This document shows positions 28,917 to 37,771 of a DNA stretch of 64,000 nucleotides, in pieces. The stretch lies in the NCBI GenBank assembly GCA_964342695.1, contig CAYFFV010000001.1, positions 25,335 through 89,334 on the forward strand, written 5' to 3'. Source of the stretch: an uncultured Vicinamibacteraceae bacterium (GTDB lineage: Bacteria; Acidobacteriota; Vicinamibacteria; Vicinamibacterales; UBA8438). The notes beneath the pieces are model-generated. The model was not told where the DNA came from and did not search any database. It saw nothing but the letters and a program-made list of their open reading frames with translations. A program made the position numbers and the translations under genes. Within the stretch, counting starts at the first letter, position 1. Each line of letters opens with the position of its first letter.

Positions 28917-30298
28917 TTCGTTGCCCTCTTTACTTTGCAGTCAAGAGTTCCATGATGCAATTTCACATGAATGTCTTGTCCGATCACGACATCATCAGAA
29001 TTGCTGATAATTAAAGATTGGTTGCTGTTCCAGCAGACGGAATATCCTCGAGCAAGCACGGCTAGTGGGCTTAGGGTATCAAGGCGACCACTTGTCTCAT
29101 GCAACCTTCGTTCCCGTTTGTGGTGTAGATCTTTTACTTTATTAATTAATTGAATGTTTGCTTTAAGTAGACGGTTTCGGACGTGGCTAAGTTGGCGGCC
29201 AATATCTAGTGTTTCTAACTGGATCGTTAGCTCGTGGAGACGTCGTTCACTTCGGGTTAACTGGTTGTGCAACAGATGTTTCAATTGATGGGTGGTTTCA
29301 CTAATTTTGCGTCCTCGCATGGCAACACGAGAGGGCAATCCCATGAAGCCTGTCGCAGTTTCGAGATGGTGAACATTAGAACGTTTATGTTGGATGTTGT
29401 GGCGTGCATCCGAAGCCATTCTCTCTATTAGATGACCGATTCTTGTAATTAATTCAGTTTTTTGCTTTATAACAAGTTCTGCCGCGGCAGAGGGTGTAGG
29501 CGCACGTAAATCTGAGACAAAATCACTGATGGTATAGTCGGTTTCATGTCCAACCGCTGATATCGTAGGTATTTCACAGTTCACTATCGCGCGAGCTACG
29601 TTTTCCGTGTTGAATGCCTGCAGGTCTTCAATTGAGCCACCACCTCTGGTCAAGATAATCACATCAATGTTTTTAGTGGCTTCAAGTCTAGTAATAGCTT
29701 GAACAATTTCAGCTTCTGCTTGCTCGCCTTGAACCCGCGTAGGGCTAACAACTAGGTGGAGATTTGGATGTCGTCTTCTGAGTACATTCGTAATGTCTTT
29801 CAGCGCTGCTCCATCGGTCGAGGTTACGATGCCAATTTTTCTTGGAAGCAAGGGCAGCGTTTTTTTTCTCTTATCATCAAAGAGGCCTTCGTTTCCGAGT
29901 TGTTTTTTGAGTTGGTCAAAGGCGAGTTGTAAAGCACCAACCCCGTGAGGTTCTATGTGCTCACAAATAATTTGATATTCGCCTTTCGGTTCATAAACAC
30001 TAATCCGACCGCGGACAATAACCTGCTGACCGTCATTAACTTTAAAACGTTGGGCGCGGACTGCTGATCGAAACATAACGCCTCGCAACTGGGAACTTGC
30101 ATCCTTAAGGGTGAAATAGAGGTGTCCTGTTTTCCATACTCTAGCGTTTGAAATTTCTCCTTCAACCCAAATTTCTTGAAATTTTAATTCCAGAAAATTT
30201 CGAATTTCGATAGTTAATTCCGAGACCGCCCATACATGACGATCTTTCTTCGCCAGTGGTGTCGGTGGTTCTACAGGAAGATCAAATAAATTTGTCAA
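28913..30298 (-). CDS. xseA: Exodeoxyribonuclease VII large subunit
   Basis: 461 aa. OB-fold N-terminus VWVEGEISNARVWKTGHLYFTLKD, catalytic region IGIVTSTDGAALKDI and TRGGGSIEDL, and a C-terminal coiled coil. Confidence 0.92.
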   Translation of the reverse strand: MTNLFDLPVEPPTPLAKKDRHVWAVSELTIEIRNFLELKFQEIWVEGEISNARVWKTGHLYFTLKDASSQLRGVMFRSAVRAQRFKVNDGQQVIVRGRISVYEPKGEYQIICEHIEPHGVGALQLAFDQLKKQLGNEGLFDDKRKKTLPLLPRKIGIVTSTDGAALKDITNVLRRRHPNLHLVVSPTRVQGEQAEAEIVQAITRLEATKNIDVIILTRGGGSIEDLQAFNTENVARAIVNCEIPTISAVGHETDYTISDFVSDLRAPTPSAAAELVIKQKTELITRIGHLIERMASDARHNIQHKRSNVHHLETATGFMGLPSRVAMRGRKISETTHQLKHLLHNQLTRSERRLHELTIQLETLDIGRQLSHVRNRLLKANIQLINKVKDLHHKRERRLHETSGRLDTLSPLAVLARGYSVCWNSNQSLIISNSDDVVIGQDIHVKLHHGTLDCKVKRATK

Positions 30299-30309
30299 GG
30301 TATTACCGG

Positions 30310-31116
30310 TTATCCTTTGCTTTCTTCCAGATCTTTATCTGAAAGATTTACCCGGTGGATATCTTTAGCACGCCCGGTTGCTGTCTCGATATTTATGATG
30401 GCGGCATTTAATCTTGGATTATTTCTGGCAACTTCAAACCTGCTCGGTAAACCGCCAATAAAACGTTTTATTACTGGTGCAGTTTCTACGCCGATAATGG
30501 AGTCGTGGGGTCCAGTCATGCCTACATCGGTTATGAATGCAGTACCCTTAGGTAGGATTCTTTCATCAGCTGTCTGAACATGAGTATGAGTACCTAGAAC
30601 GGCAGTTACACTTCCGTCGAGATACCAACCCATTGCTTGCTTTTCAGAGGTTGCCTCTGCATGAATATCTACAATGATAATGTTTGTGTCGTTCTGAACG
30701 CCTTGAATTTCTTTTTTAATAATTTCAAAAGGATTATCAAGTGGATTCATGAAGATGCGTCCCATAATATTTATTACCGCCACAGGTTCTAATTCTTTTT
30801 TTCGTAACATATAAGAACCCTTTCCCGGTGTGTCGCTAGGGTAATTTGCAGGTCGAAGCAGTCTTGGTTCGAGAGCTATGTACTCGAGAGCTTCTTTTTT
30901 GTCCCAGATGTGATTGCCGGAAGTCATAATGTCGACTCCGGCGTCGAGAAGTGTTTCGGCAACGTTTCTGGTAACACCTTTTCCGCCGGCGGAGTTTTCA
31001 ACATTGGCAATGACCAGGTCGATGGTATGTGTTTTAACAAATGCGGGAAGATACATTCGGACGAGGTCCCGTCCTGGTTTTCCTACGATGTCGCCAATAA
31101 AGAGAATCTTTAGCAT
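30310..31116 (-). CDS. YmdB-like metallophosphoesterase (TIGR00282 family)
   Basis: 268 aa. MLKILFIGDIVGKPGR, VIANVENSAGGKG, GNHIWDKKE and LGTHTHVQTAD. Confidence 0.85.
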   Translation of the reverse strand: MLKILFIGDIVGKPGRDLVRMYLPAFVKTHTIDLVIANVENSAGGKGVTRNVAETLLDAGVDIMTSGNHIWDKKEALEYIALEPRLLRPANYPSDTPGKGSYMLRKKELEPVAVINIMGRIFMNPLDNPFEIIKKEIQGVQNDTNIIIVDIHAEATSEKQAMGWYLDGSVTAVLGTHTHVQTADERILPKGTAFITDVGMTGPHDSIIGVETAPVIKRFIGGLPSRFEVARNNPRLNAAIINIETATGRAKDIHRVNLSDKDLEESKG

Positions 31117-31200
31117 CGGTTAACTCTCGAGATCATGTCATAGCCGCCTAGAGCAAGTGAACTAGGATAGTGGTTCAGGTTAACTTAATGAGTTAATTCA

Positions 31201-32106
31201 ATGAAAGAAAGATTGTTAAATCTGATTCAAGAGTTCGATAGTGACAGTGTTTCTGGTGCGTCTGATTTGACGTTAAAGGCAATTGATATTCTTGAAGACG
31301 TTTTGCGAACAGATCCAGGGGCGGTTGAAGCTGTGGCGGTAAGTTTGTGCACAGGTCAGCCCGCGATGGCCTCTGTGTGGAATGCGGCTGCTGTCGCACT
31401 GAGGCCGGATGCTGCAGCATCGATCTCTCGTTTTCGGCGAGTTGTAGGTCGAGCTCCCGATGCGTTAGCGCGAGTATCTGAAGAAGTACTGCTACTTGGA
31501 TGTGTATCTAAAGATCGCTTTTCCGTGCTGACCATTTCTTCAAGTGGTGCGGTTAAATCTTGTTTATTGCGATTAGCCAAGTCCTGTCGCCTTAGTGTTA
31601 TTTGCGCTGAAAGTAGGCCAAATTACGAGGGAAGAAAATTTGCGATGAGTCTGGCTGACCAAGGAATCGCAACCAGTATCTGCACCGATGCGGCAGCTGC
31701 GAGCCTTTGTCGCTCAGTTGATGTTTTTCTCTGCGGTGCAGACGCTGTTTTTTTTGAATCGTTTATTAATAAGTGCGGTACAGGTCAGTTAATAAACGCT
31801 GCATCAGAATGCGGGATACCGCCGTATGTGATTGCTTCTAGGGATAAATTTTCTAATGATCTGCTCGAGTCGACTTTAACCTTAAACGGTGGTCCTGCTG
31901 ATGAAGTTTGGCCAAAAGCACCAAACAAAATAGGTATTCTCAATCCTTACTTTGAGAGAGTTCCGACAAAAAATTTAGCTGGAATAATTACTGATTTTGG
32001 AAATATTCCACCGGTGGGACTTAAAAATGTGTCGGACGGCCTCGTTGTCCGGCAAGATATTGAAAAATTGATTGATACTGTTAAAAATATGAGTGCGAGA
32101 GAATAA
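31201..32106 (+). CDS. eIF-2B alpha/beta/delta-like family protein (MtnA / ribose-1,5-bisphosphate isomerase superfamily), function unclear
   Basis: 301 aa. Family-like segments VLTISSSGAVKSCLL, VICAESRPNYEGRKFAMSLADQGI and LCGADAVFFESFINKCGTGQL, the last corresponding to the GAD...NK.GT core of the family. Confidence 0.6.
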   Translation: MKERLLNLIQEFDSDSVSGASDLTLKAIDILEDVLRTDPGAVEAVAVSLCTGQPAMASVWNAAAVALRPDAAASISRFRRVVGRAPDALARVSEEVLLLGCVSKDRFSVLTISSSGAVKSCLLRLAKSCRLSVICAESRPNYEGRKFAMSLADQGIATSICTDAAAASLCRSVDVFLCGADAVFFESFINKCGTGQLINAASECGIPPYVIASRDKFSNDLLESTLTLNGGPADEVWPKAPNKIGILNPYFERVPTKNLAGIITDFGNIPPVGLKNVSDGLVVRQDIEKLIDTVKNMSARE

Positions 32107-32134
32107 TATTTTATATTGGTATTTAAGTAAAATT

Positions 32135-32163
32135 TTTACCATTATAGAATCTCGTTATATAAT
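32135..32163 (+). promoter_or_regulatory. Sigma-70-like promoter candidate upstream of the small-ORF/rpoZ unit
   Basis: TTTACC (32135-32140), a 17-nt spacer, then a perfect TATAAT (32158-32163) in an AT-rich gap, 26 nt upstream of the ATG at 32189. Confidence 0.45.
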
Positions 32164-32188
32164 GTTTTACCTTTCATAGTTTTGAAAT

Positions 32189-32419
32189 ATGAAGCAAGCT
32201 AATTCCATCGTGTCCCGTACAGACAGTCAATTGATTCCCGTAAGAGATGGGGATGGAGGCGTAACTCTGTATGCTAACGGGAGGGTTGCTTTTTATGTTT
32301 ACGGTGGGGAGTTGTTCGGGGCCCTCCAAGGTCCTCAACAATGGTTAGAATCAGATTCAGATTTTTTTGATTTTAAGAACATTATGTTGATGTCGACCGA
32401 TAGTGTGTCGACTTCATAG
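32189..32419 (+). CDS. Hypothetical small protein (76 aa)
   Basis: ORF with a plausible beta-rich composition (GVTLYANGRVAFYVYGGELFG), but no Shine-Dalgarno and no recognised family. It could instead be part of a long rpoZ 5' UTR. Confidence 0.35.
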   Translation: MKQANSIVSRTDSQLIPVRDGDGGVTLYANGRVAFYVYGGELFGALQGPQQWLESDSDFFDFKNIMLMSTDSVSTS

Positions 32420-32449
32420 GTTTTTTTCGATTATCCTAGTAGGGACTTT

Positions 32450-32752
32450 ATGGTTAGTGAAAAGACTGAAGAAGAAATAGTTCAAGATCCGGAGTCCGGT
32501 GGCAAAGTAATCCCTGCTAAAAAGGCGGAAGGCGTTCCTAAGCCTGACAGTAGGTTCTTATATGTTGATGTAGCTTCACGCCGGGCTAAACAGCTTAGAC
32601 GTGGCGCATTACCTCGCCTTAAAGAACTGGAAGTGAATCCTGCAACGGGTGAACGGCCAGAAATAAAAAATAAGCTTGAGAGAGTTGCGATGGAAGAAGT
32701 TAATGGTGGGCTTATTGCTTACGAACTACCTGAGCCATCGAAAGCAGATTAG
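32450..32752 (+). CDS. rpoZ: DNA-directed RNA polymerase subunit omega (N-terminally extended)
   Basis: 100 aa. DSRFLYVDVASRRAKQLRRGALPR matches the omega core (N/D-R-F/Y-x-L/V-x3-A-x-x-R-A-x-Q-L). ERVAMEEVNGGLIAYE matches the conserved downstream helix. Confidence 0.65.
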   Translation: MVSEKTEEEIVQDPESGGKVIPAKKAEGVPKPDSRFLYVDVASRRAKQLRRGALPRLKELEVNPATGERPEIKNKLERVAMEEVNGGLIAYELPEPSKAD

Positions 32753-32760
32753 GAATTTAT

Positions 32761-33027
32761 ATGGACGCTACTCCCATTGAAATTGCTTTCGGTGCACTCC
32801 AAGGGTTACTTGTTTCAACAGGATTCTTGCTTACGCTTTTTATAGGGTTTTTAGTGATTGCGGGTTTGACAAAACACGGTAAAAGAGAAAAAAATTCGTC
32901 AATAGTAAGAAATGTATCAGAACGGATGGGTCGCCAAGCTCAATATCTTCCTCCTGATGCACCCCGTGGCCGCGCTGATCAACTGCAAACTCCAGAACTT
33001 TCTGAACAATCCAGTCAAGAATCATAA
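32761..33027 (+). CDS. Hypothetical single-pass membrane protein (88 aa)
   Basis: One strongly hydrophobic segment (LLVSTGFLLTLFIGFLVIAGL) followed by a basic then polar tail. Weak AGGA upstream. No family recognised. Confidence 0.4.
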   Translation: MDATPIEIAFGALQGLLVSTGFLLTLFIGFLVIAGLTKHGKREKNSSIVRNVSERMGRQAQYLPPDAPRGRADQLQTPELSEQSSQES

Positions 33028-33062
33028 TTCACATAATCTAATCGCTTGCATGTGAACGTACT

Positions 33063-34544
33063 CTATGTATCTAAGCATGCAGGAGGGCGTTTATTTTTCC
33101 ATTCTGTGTTCATCTCGAAGGTATGCGCAACGCGAAACAATGTTGTTTCATCGAAAGCTCGTCCAATCAATTGAAATCCAATCGGTAGATGTTGTTTTGT
33201 CAATCCTGCAGGAAGGCTAATTGCTGGTAAGCCCGTAAGGTTGGCGCTAACCGTGAATATATCTCCCAAATACATTGATAGTGGGTCGTCAACATGTTCT
33301 CCAAGCTCGAAAGCTGGTGTTGGTGTGGTCGGCATTGCAATTGCATCGACATCACTCAAAACACGATTGTATTCGTGGCGTATCAGTTGTCTTACCTGTT
33401 GAGCTTTAGCGTAGTAATCATCGTAATATCCTGCGCTAAGGGCATAGGTGCCAAGCATGATCCGACGTTTCACTTCATCGCCAAATCCATGGTTTCTGGT
33501 CCGGCTGTACATGGTTTCTAAATTGACTTTAGGCCCGTCTGGGTTGGCACGATAACCGAATCGAACTCCATCATATCTGGCTAAATTTGAACTGGCTTCT
33601 GCTGTCGCTATGAGGTAGTAAACCGGAACAGCATGTTCCGTATAAGGTAGATCAATATCGACGATAGTAGCTCCTTGCTCTGACAAGATTGCAATAGCTT
33701 TATTGAATGCCTTTGTAACTTCTGGATTAATACCTTTCTCGAGGATTGACCGTGGAACCCCGATTCGAATTTTGTGAGCATTCCCTGAAAATAGATTTGA
33801 GTCATCAATAGGAGATTGCTTGCTTGAGGTCGCGTCATTTGGATCAAATCCTGAAATAACCTGAAACACGATAGCCGCATCTTCTACGGAAAGAGTAATG
33901 GGACCAATTTGGTCTAACGATGATGCAAAGGCCAATAGCCCATAGCGAGAAACTCGTCCATAAGTGGGTTTAAGGCCAACCACGCCACAAAAAGCTGCTG
34001 GCTGACGAATCGATCCACCTGTATCAGAGGCAATTGATACTGGAGCTAACCGTGCTGCAACTGCTGCTGCGGCACCACCGCTAGACCCGCCTGGAATATG
34101 TGTTTTTTTCCACGGATTCTGCGTCGGTCCATGATAGGAGTATTCAGTTGAAGATCCCATTGCAAATTCGTCGCAATTTGTTTTACCTAGAAGTATTGCA
34201 CCAGAGTCACGTAAGAGTTTGATGACGGTTGCATCATAGGGTGGACGATAATCAGCTAGCATACGAGAGCCTGCGCTCGTCAGTGAATCTTTGGTGCAGA
34301 TTACATCTTTGACTGTGATCGGAACTCCGAATAAAGGATAGGTTTCCCAAGAGTTCTGCTTACGGTCTATTTCTTCTGCTTGTATGAGTGCCTGATCTCT
34401 TAAAACCGTGGTAAAGGAATTTAGTTCCTTGTCCACAGTTTGAATTCTGTTGAGATATATTTCGCATATATCGCGGGCTAAAATGTCTCCACTACCGATT
34501 GCATTTCTAATGTGTGCAATGGACCAATCACTACCACTAATCAT
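33063..34544 (-). CDS. gatA: Asp-tRNA(Asn)/Glu-tRNA(Gln) amidotransferase subunit A
   Basis: 493 aa. Amidase signature [13 protein letters not shown] ... [31 protein letters not shown]. Confidence 0.95.
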   Translation of the reverse strand: MISGSDWSIAHIRNAIGSGDILARDICEIYLNRIQTVDKELNSFTTVLRDQALIQAEEIDRKQNSWETYPLFGVPITVKDVICTKDSLTSAGSRMLADYRPPYDATVIKLLRDSGAILLGKTNCDEFAMGSSTEYSYHGPTQNPWKKTHIPGGSSGGAAAAVAARLAPVSIASDTGGSIRQPAAFCGVVGLKPTYGRVSRYGLLAFASSLDQIGPITLSVEDAAIVFQVISGFDPNDATSSKQSPIDDSNLFSGNAHKIRIGVPRSILEKGINPEVTKAFNKAIAILSEQGATIVDIDLPYTEHAVPVYYLIATAEASSNLARYDGVRFGYRANPDGPKVNLETMYSRTRNHGFGDEVKRRIMLGTYALSAGYYDDYYAKAQQVRQLIRHEYNRVLSDVDAIAMPTTPTPAFELGEHVDDPLSMYLGDIFTVSANLTGLPAISLPAGLTKQHLPIGFQLIGRAFDETTLFRVAHTFEMNTEWKNKRPPACLDT

Positions 34545-34861
34545 CGGTCAATTACCTTTGGGACACGGAAAAACCCGTCAGATGATGCGTCTGGGGCGCC
34601 AGAGAGGGCTTCTTGTCTGTCTAATGATGAATTACGATTATCAGGTCTCAGCTCTGAGGTGGCATTCTTTTTTTTATTTGAAGTGGATAATGAAGAAGTG
34701 TCGACAGTTTGAAGTTTTTCTGCGTATTGAAGAATTTGAGTTAGCTGTTCAGTAAATAAAGAAACTTCATTTTTAGTTAATTGAAGATTCGCCAATGATG
34801 CAATACGTTCAACGTCGCTTCTGGTCAATTTTTTAGACATGGCTAATAAGGATGTTACCAC
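34541..34861 (-). CDS. gatC: Asp-tRNA(Asn)/Glu-tRNA(Gln) amidotransferase subunit C
   Basis: Contains VERIASLANLQLTKNEVSLFTEQLTQILQYAEKLQTVDTS and overlaps the gatA start. The probable true start is ATG at 34840 (MSKKLTRSDV...). Confidence 0.9.
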   Translation of the reverse strand: MVTSLLAMSKKLTRSDVERIASLANLQLTKNEVSLFTEQLTQILQYAEKLQTVDTSSLSTSNKKKNATSELRPDNRNSSLDRQEALSGAPDASSDGFFRVPKVIDR

Positions 34862-34876
34862 TCACCACTGGATCAA

Positions 34877-35809
34877 GTGGCTTTCAGGCGTCATCATAGA
34901 CAAGTTGTGACATCAGATAAAATGAACTTTTCGTCCGAGAGTTCTTTATTTGGAACTTCTCGTGGACAAATAGATAAAATTTTTCAGCGACGGGAGGAAG
35001 TACTGTGTCCTCTCTGCAAGATCAAGCCTTCTCGGTTTGCTGTTGATTTTCAAGGATTCACGCTTGCTCGTTGTTCAAGTTGTCAACTGGAATTTCAAAA
35101 TCCTCGTCCGGTGTTTAGCGACCTTGCCAGCGCTATTTACACGGAAGATTACCATGGCCCGAGAGAATCAATTATTGATACTTCGCGACACTACCAGTTT
35201 AAAAGGCAATTAGGATGGTTTGAACGGTATGCTGTAAGTGGCGATAGGCGTATTCTCGATGTTGGATGTGGAGCGGGTGCTTTTATCCGTTTCGCTCGTA
35301 ATTATGGTTGGAGAATCGATGGAACTGACGTAATTGTTCATGCGAATGCTCGAACAAAGGGCACGAAAATATGGAAAGGCCAACTACCAGATATTGTTTT
35401 TGGTGAGTCTCTTTATGATGTTGTGCGCTTCAATCATGTTTTGGAACATACTCAGGATCCGCTTTCTGAGTTGTGCCGAGCCAGAAGTCTCTTGACTAAA
35501 GGTGGAGTCTTGCATGTGGGTGTGCCTAACCTAGCCGGTTTCAGCATTACTCTTAAAAGTTGGCAAAGTTATTTAGGAATTAAGAAACAGCGATGGAAGC
35601 ATTACGGAGCGATACATCATTTATGGTTTTTTACACCCAGTACACTCAGGCGACTAGTTGTTGCTGCGGGATTTGAAGTCATTGGTTTTGAAACACCAGT
35701 TGTTCCGAGATCGGGACGGCCCAAATATATAACTAGTGCGATAAGGGGTTCACTTGAAGCTTTACATCTCGGGGGAGTTATAGATCTTTTTGCGAGGAAG
35801 TCTTCTTGA
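34877..35809 (+). CDS. Class I SAM-dependent methyltransferase with N-terminal Cys4 zinc-ribbon-like motif
   Basis: SAM motif I RILDVGCGAGAFIRF, two CxxC pairs (CPLC ... CSSC) and the motif post I/II pattern VVRFNHVLEHTQDP. The start is uncertain (GTG at 34877 or ATG at 34922). Confidence 0.75.
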   Translation: MAFRRHHRQVVTSDKMNFSSESSLFGTSRGQIDKIFQRREEVLCPLCKIKPSRFAVDFQGFTLARCSSCQLEFQNPRPVFSDLASAIYTEDYHGPRESIIDTSRHYQFKRQLGWFERYAVSGDRRILDVGCGAGAFIRFARNYGWRIDGTDVIVHANARTKGTKIWKGQLPDIVFGESLYDVVRFNHVLEHTQDPLSELCRARSLLTKGGVLHVGVPNLAGFSITLKSWQSYLGIKKQRWKHYGAIHHLWFFTPSTLRRLVVAAGFEVIGFETPVVPRSGRPKYITSAIRGSLEALHLGGVIDLFARKSS

Positions 35810-35818
35810 TTGGCACTG

Positions 35819-36739
35819 TTATGAAGCACTTCCAGTATTAACGTTTTTGTCGTAGTCGAGTTCTCCGGATTCGATTCGCAGCTTAAGGCGATTCATTGTT
35901 GGTGGAAGAGGGCAGGTTGTAAAGGGGTTAAAGGCACACGGGGGATTATAAGCACGGTTGAAGTCTATTATTGTCCAGCCGTTTTCAGGGGGCTCTGCGT
36001 ACAAGAAGCGAGCAGCGCGATAGGTTTCTGTGCCACTAGTAAGATCTCGAAAGATAAACCAAAGTAGGCCGTCAGAATCTACCGGAAGCATCTCAATCTC
36101 TTCACCATCCAAGGTCAGACGGACTATACCGTGACTGACGAACTCTTCGAAGTCTCCTAAAACGTTTTGAACTGTAACTTTGATTGGTTCTTCATGCGGA
36201 ATAAACTTTGCCGGCACTCTGTAACTTTTGTCGACTGGGTACCAATTAAGCCCTTTAAATTCTTGTCTAATTTTGCTCGCGGTGTCACGCATGCGAATAG
36301 CCAGCCTGTTTCCACTTTTATGTACAAGTAAAGTTAGCGATTCCAATACAATTTCCTGTGGAGTTGGACTTGGATAGAGTAGAGCCGTTGAGACCCTTTC
36401 ACCCTTTATGGTTAGTGTTTGATCAGTGTCCGCATGAAGAGTAACCTGCTGATTTTTTAATTCGAAAAATCCAGCTTGCTTAGGCCCTGCCGGCAAAACG
36501 ATGTCGTTGTTTGCATTGGTTCCGAACGAATTGTGTCCTTCTTTTAGGAAAAATAAGCCTGTAACAGTTAACCAACCATCGTCTGCCATTAAATTATTTT
36601 GACGTTCAGTTCTCCAATCCTTAATCTCTTTAGCGTAACTATTCGGTTGGTTCTGGGTTGGCGTGGAGATGAGAGAAACGTCCAATTGCCAGGTGCAGAA
36701 TAGGCTAAGACAAAGTAGTGTCTTTTGTGTGCGAGGCAT
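35819..36739 (-). CDS. DUF1684 domain-containing protein (secreted)
   Basis: 306 aa with a signal peptide. C-terminal AYNPPCAFNPFTTCPLPPTMNRLKLRIESGE matches the DUF1684 signature as I recall it. Confidence 0.8.
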   Translation of the reverse strand: MPRTQKTLLCLSLFCTWQLDVSLISTPTQNQPNSYAKEIKDWRTERQNNLMADDGWLTVTGLFFLKEGHNSFGTNANNDIVLPAGPKQAGFFELKNQQVTLHADTDQTLTIKGERVSTALLYPSPTPQEIVLESLTLLVHKSGNRLAIRMRDTASKIRQEFKGLNWYPVDKSYRVPAKFIPHEEPIKVTVQNVLGDFEEFVSHGIVRLTLDGEEIEMLPVDSDGLLWFIFRDLTSGTETYRAARFLYAEPPENGWTIIDFNRAYNPPCAFNPFTTCPLPPTMNRLKLRIESGELDYDKNVNTGSAS

Positions 36740-36813
36740 ATTGATTTTGTTGACAGAATAGAAGACCTGAAAATAAAGATCAACGGCAAAGTAAATTCAT
36801 TTAGCACATTACT

Positions 36814-37725
36814 TTACGAAATTCTGAAGCTCTTTAATATTTTGAGATTTTGTAAATCCATTGGGTCAGCCGCGATTAATTTTGGAGAATTTTTTTCTGT
36901 TTTAGGGGTTTCCAAAATCATAGGCAGTTTTGAAAATCTATTGTCCTGAATCAATCTTCTAAATGGTTCTGTTCCGATATGACCTTTTCCAATGTTCTCA
37001 TGACGGTCGAGACGGCTACCTAAAGGTTTCTTAGAATCATTAAGGTGGAAAGCTTTCAGGTAATTCAATCCAACAATTTCATCGAACTGTTCAAAAACCT
37101 TCTGATATCCAGATTCTGAAATAATGTCGTACCCAGCTGCAACGAGGTGACAGGTGTCTAAGCAGATACCTACAGAAGCAGCACTTTCAAGGCCATCGAT
37201 GATTGCTCGCAGCTGTTCAAAACGATATCCAAGTACTGTTCCCTGACCGGCCGTGTGTTCGAGAAGCAGCTCAGTTTTCAGTTTTTGGCAGTTTCCCAAT
37301 ACTTCATTGAGGCCATCAATGATGCGAAGAATGCCATCTTTCTCTGAGCTGCTCGTGAAGGCGCCAGGATGAAGGACCACTCCTTTAATGCCAAGTAGCT
37401 CTGCACGCTGAAGTTCGTCGACGAGAGCGGCAACAGATTTCTTGTAAAGGGCGTCGTCAGGTGAAGCGATGTTTATCAGGTAACTAGCGTGTGACAGGAT
37501 GGTATTGATAGAGCCTTGTCCAATATGGTCCAAAAATTCTGTGATTTCAGTTTCCGGTATAGTGCGGGCACGCCATTGATTGGAGGACTTTGTGAATATT
37601 TGTATCGCTTCGCAGCCCGTCTCCAAACCGCGCTCGATTGCTTTAGGAAAACCGCCAGAAATTGACATATGAGAGCCAAGTTTTGGCCGGTGTACTTGCT
37701 TTGATGCCTGCTCGTGAAGGATCAT
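36814..37725 (-). CDS. nfo: Deoxyribonuclease IV (endonuclease IV)
   Basis: 303 aa TIM barrel. LGSHMSISGG, GVVLHPG, LLEHTAGQG, GICLDTCHLVAAGYD, FHLNDSK and DRHENIGKGHIG. Confidence 0.9.
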   Translation of the reverse strand: MILHEQASKQVHRPKLGSHMSISGGFPKAIERGLETGCEAIQIFTKSSNQWRARTIPETEITEFLDHIGQGSINTILSHASYLINIASPDDALYKKSVAALVDELQRAELLGIKGVVLHPGAFTSSSEKDGILRIIDGLNEVLGNCQKLKTELLLEHTAGQGTVLGYRFEQLRAIIDGLESAASVGICLDTCHLVAAGYDIISESGYQKVFEQFDEIVGLNYLKAFHLNDSKKPLGSRLDRHENIGKGHIGTEPFRRLIQDNRFSKLPMILETPKTEKNSPKLIAADPMDLQNLKILKSFRIS

Positions 37726-37771
37726 TGTAAGTTTGGACAGTTAATATTCTGTCTTGGAGTAATCTTTAAAG

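Noticed and set aside
26032-31116. The ymdB-xseA-xseB-ispA-tlyA-nadK string lacks dxs, which often sits between ispA and tlyA.
   Set aside because: The gene order is otherwise the widely conserved arrangement. The absence of dxs at this position is common in many lineages and does not indicate a novel system.
33028-33056. Inverted repeat TTCACAT...ATGTGAA between the rpoZ unit and convergent gatA, considered as a bidirectional terminator.
   Set aside because: The loop is 15 nt, the stem is 7 bp and AT-rich, and there is no U-tract on either strand. The support is too weak to list it as a feature.
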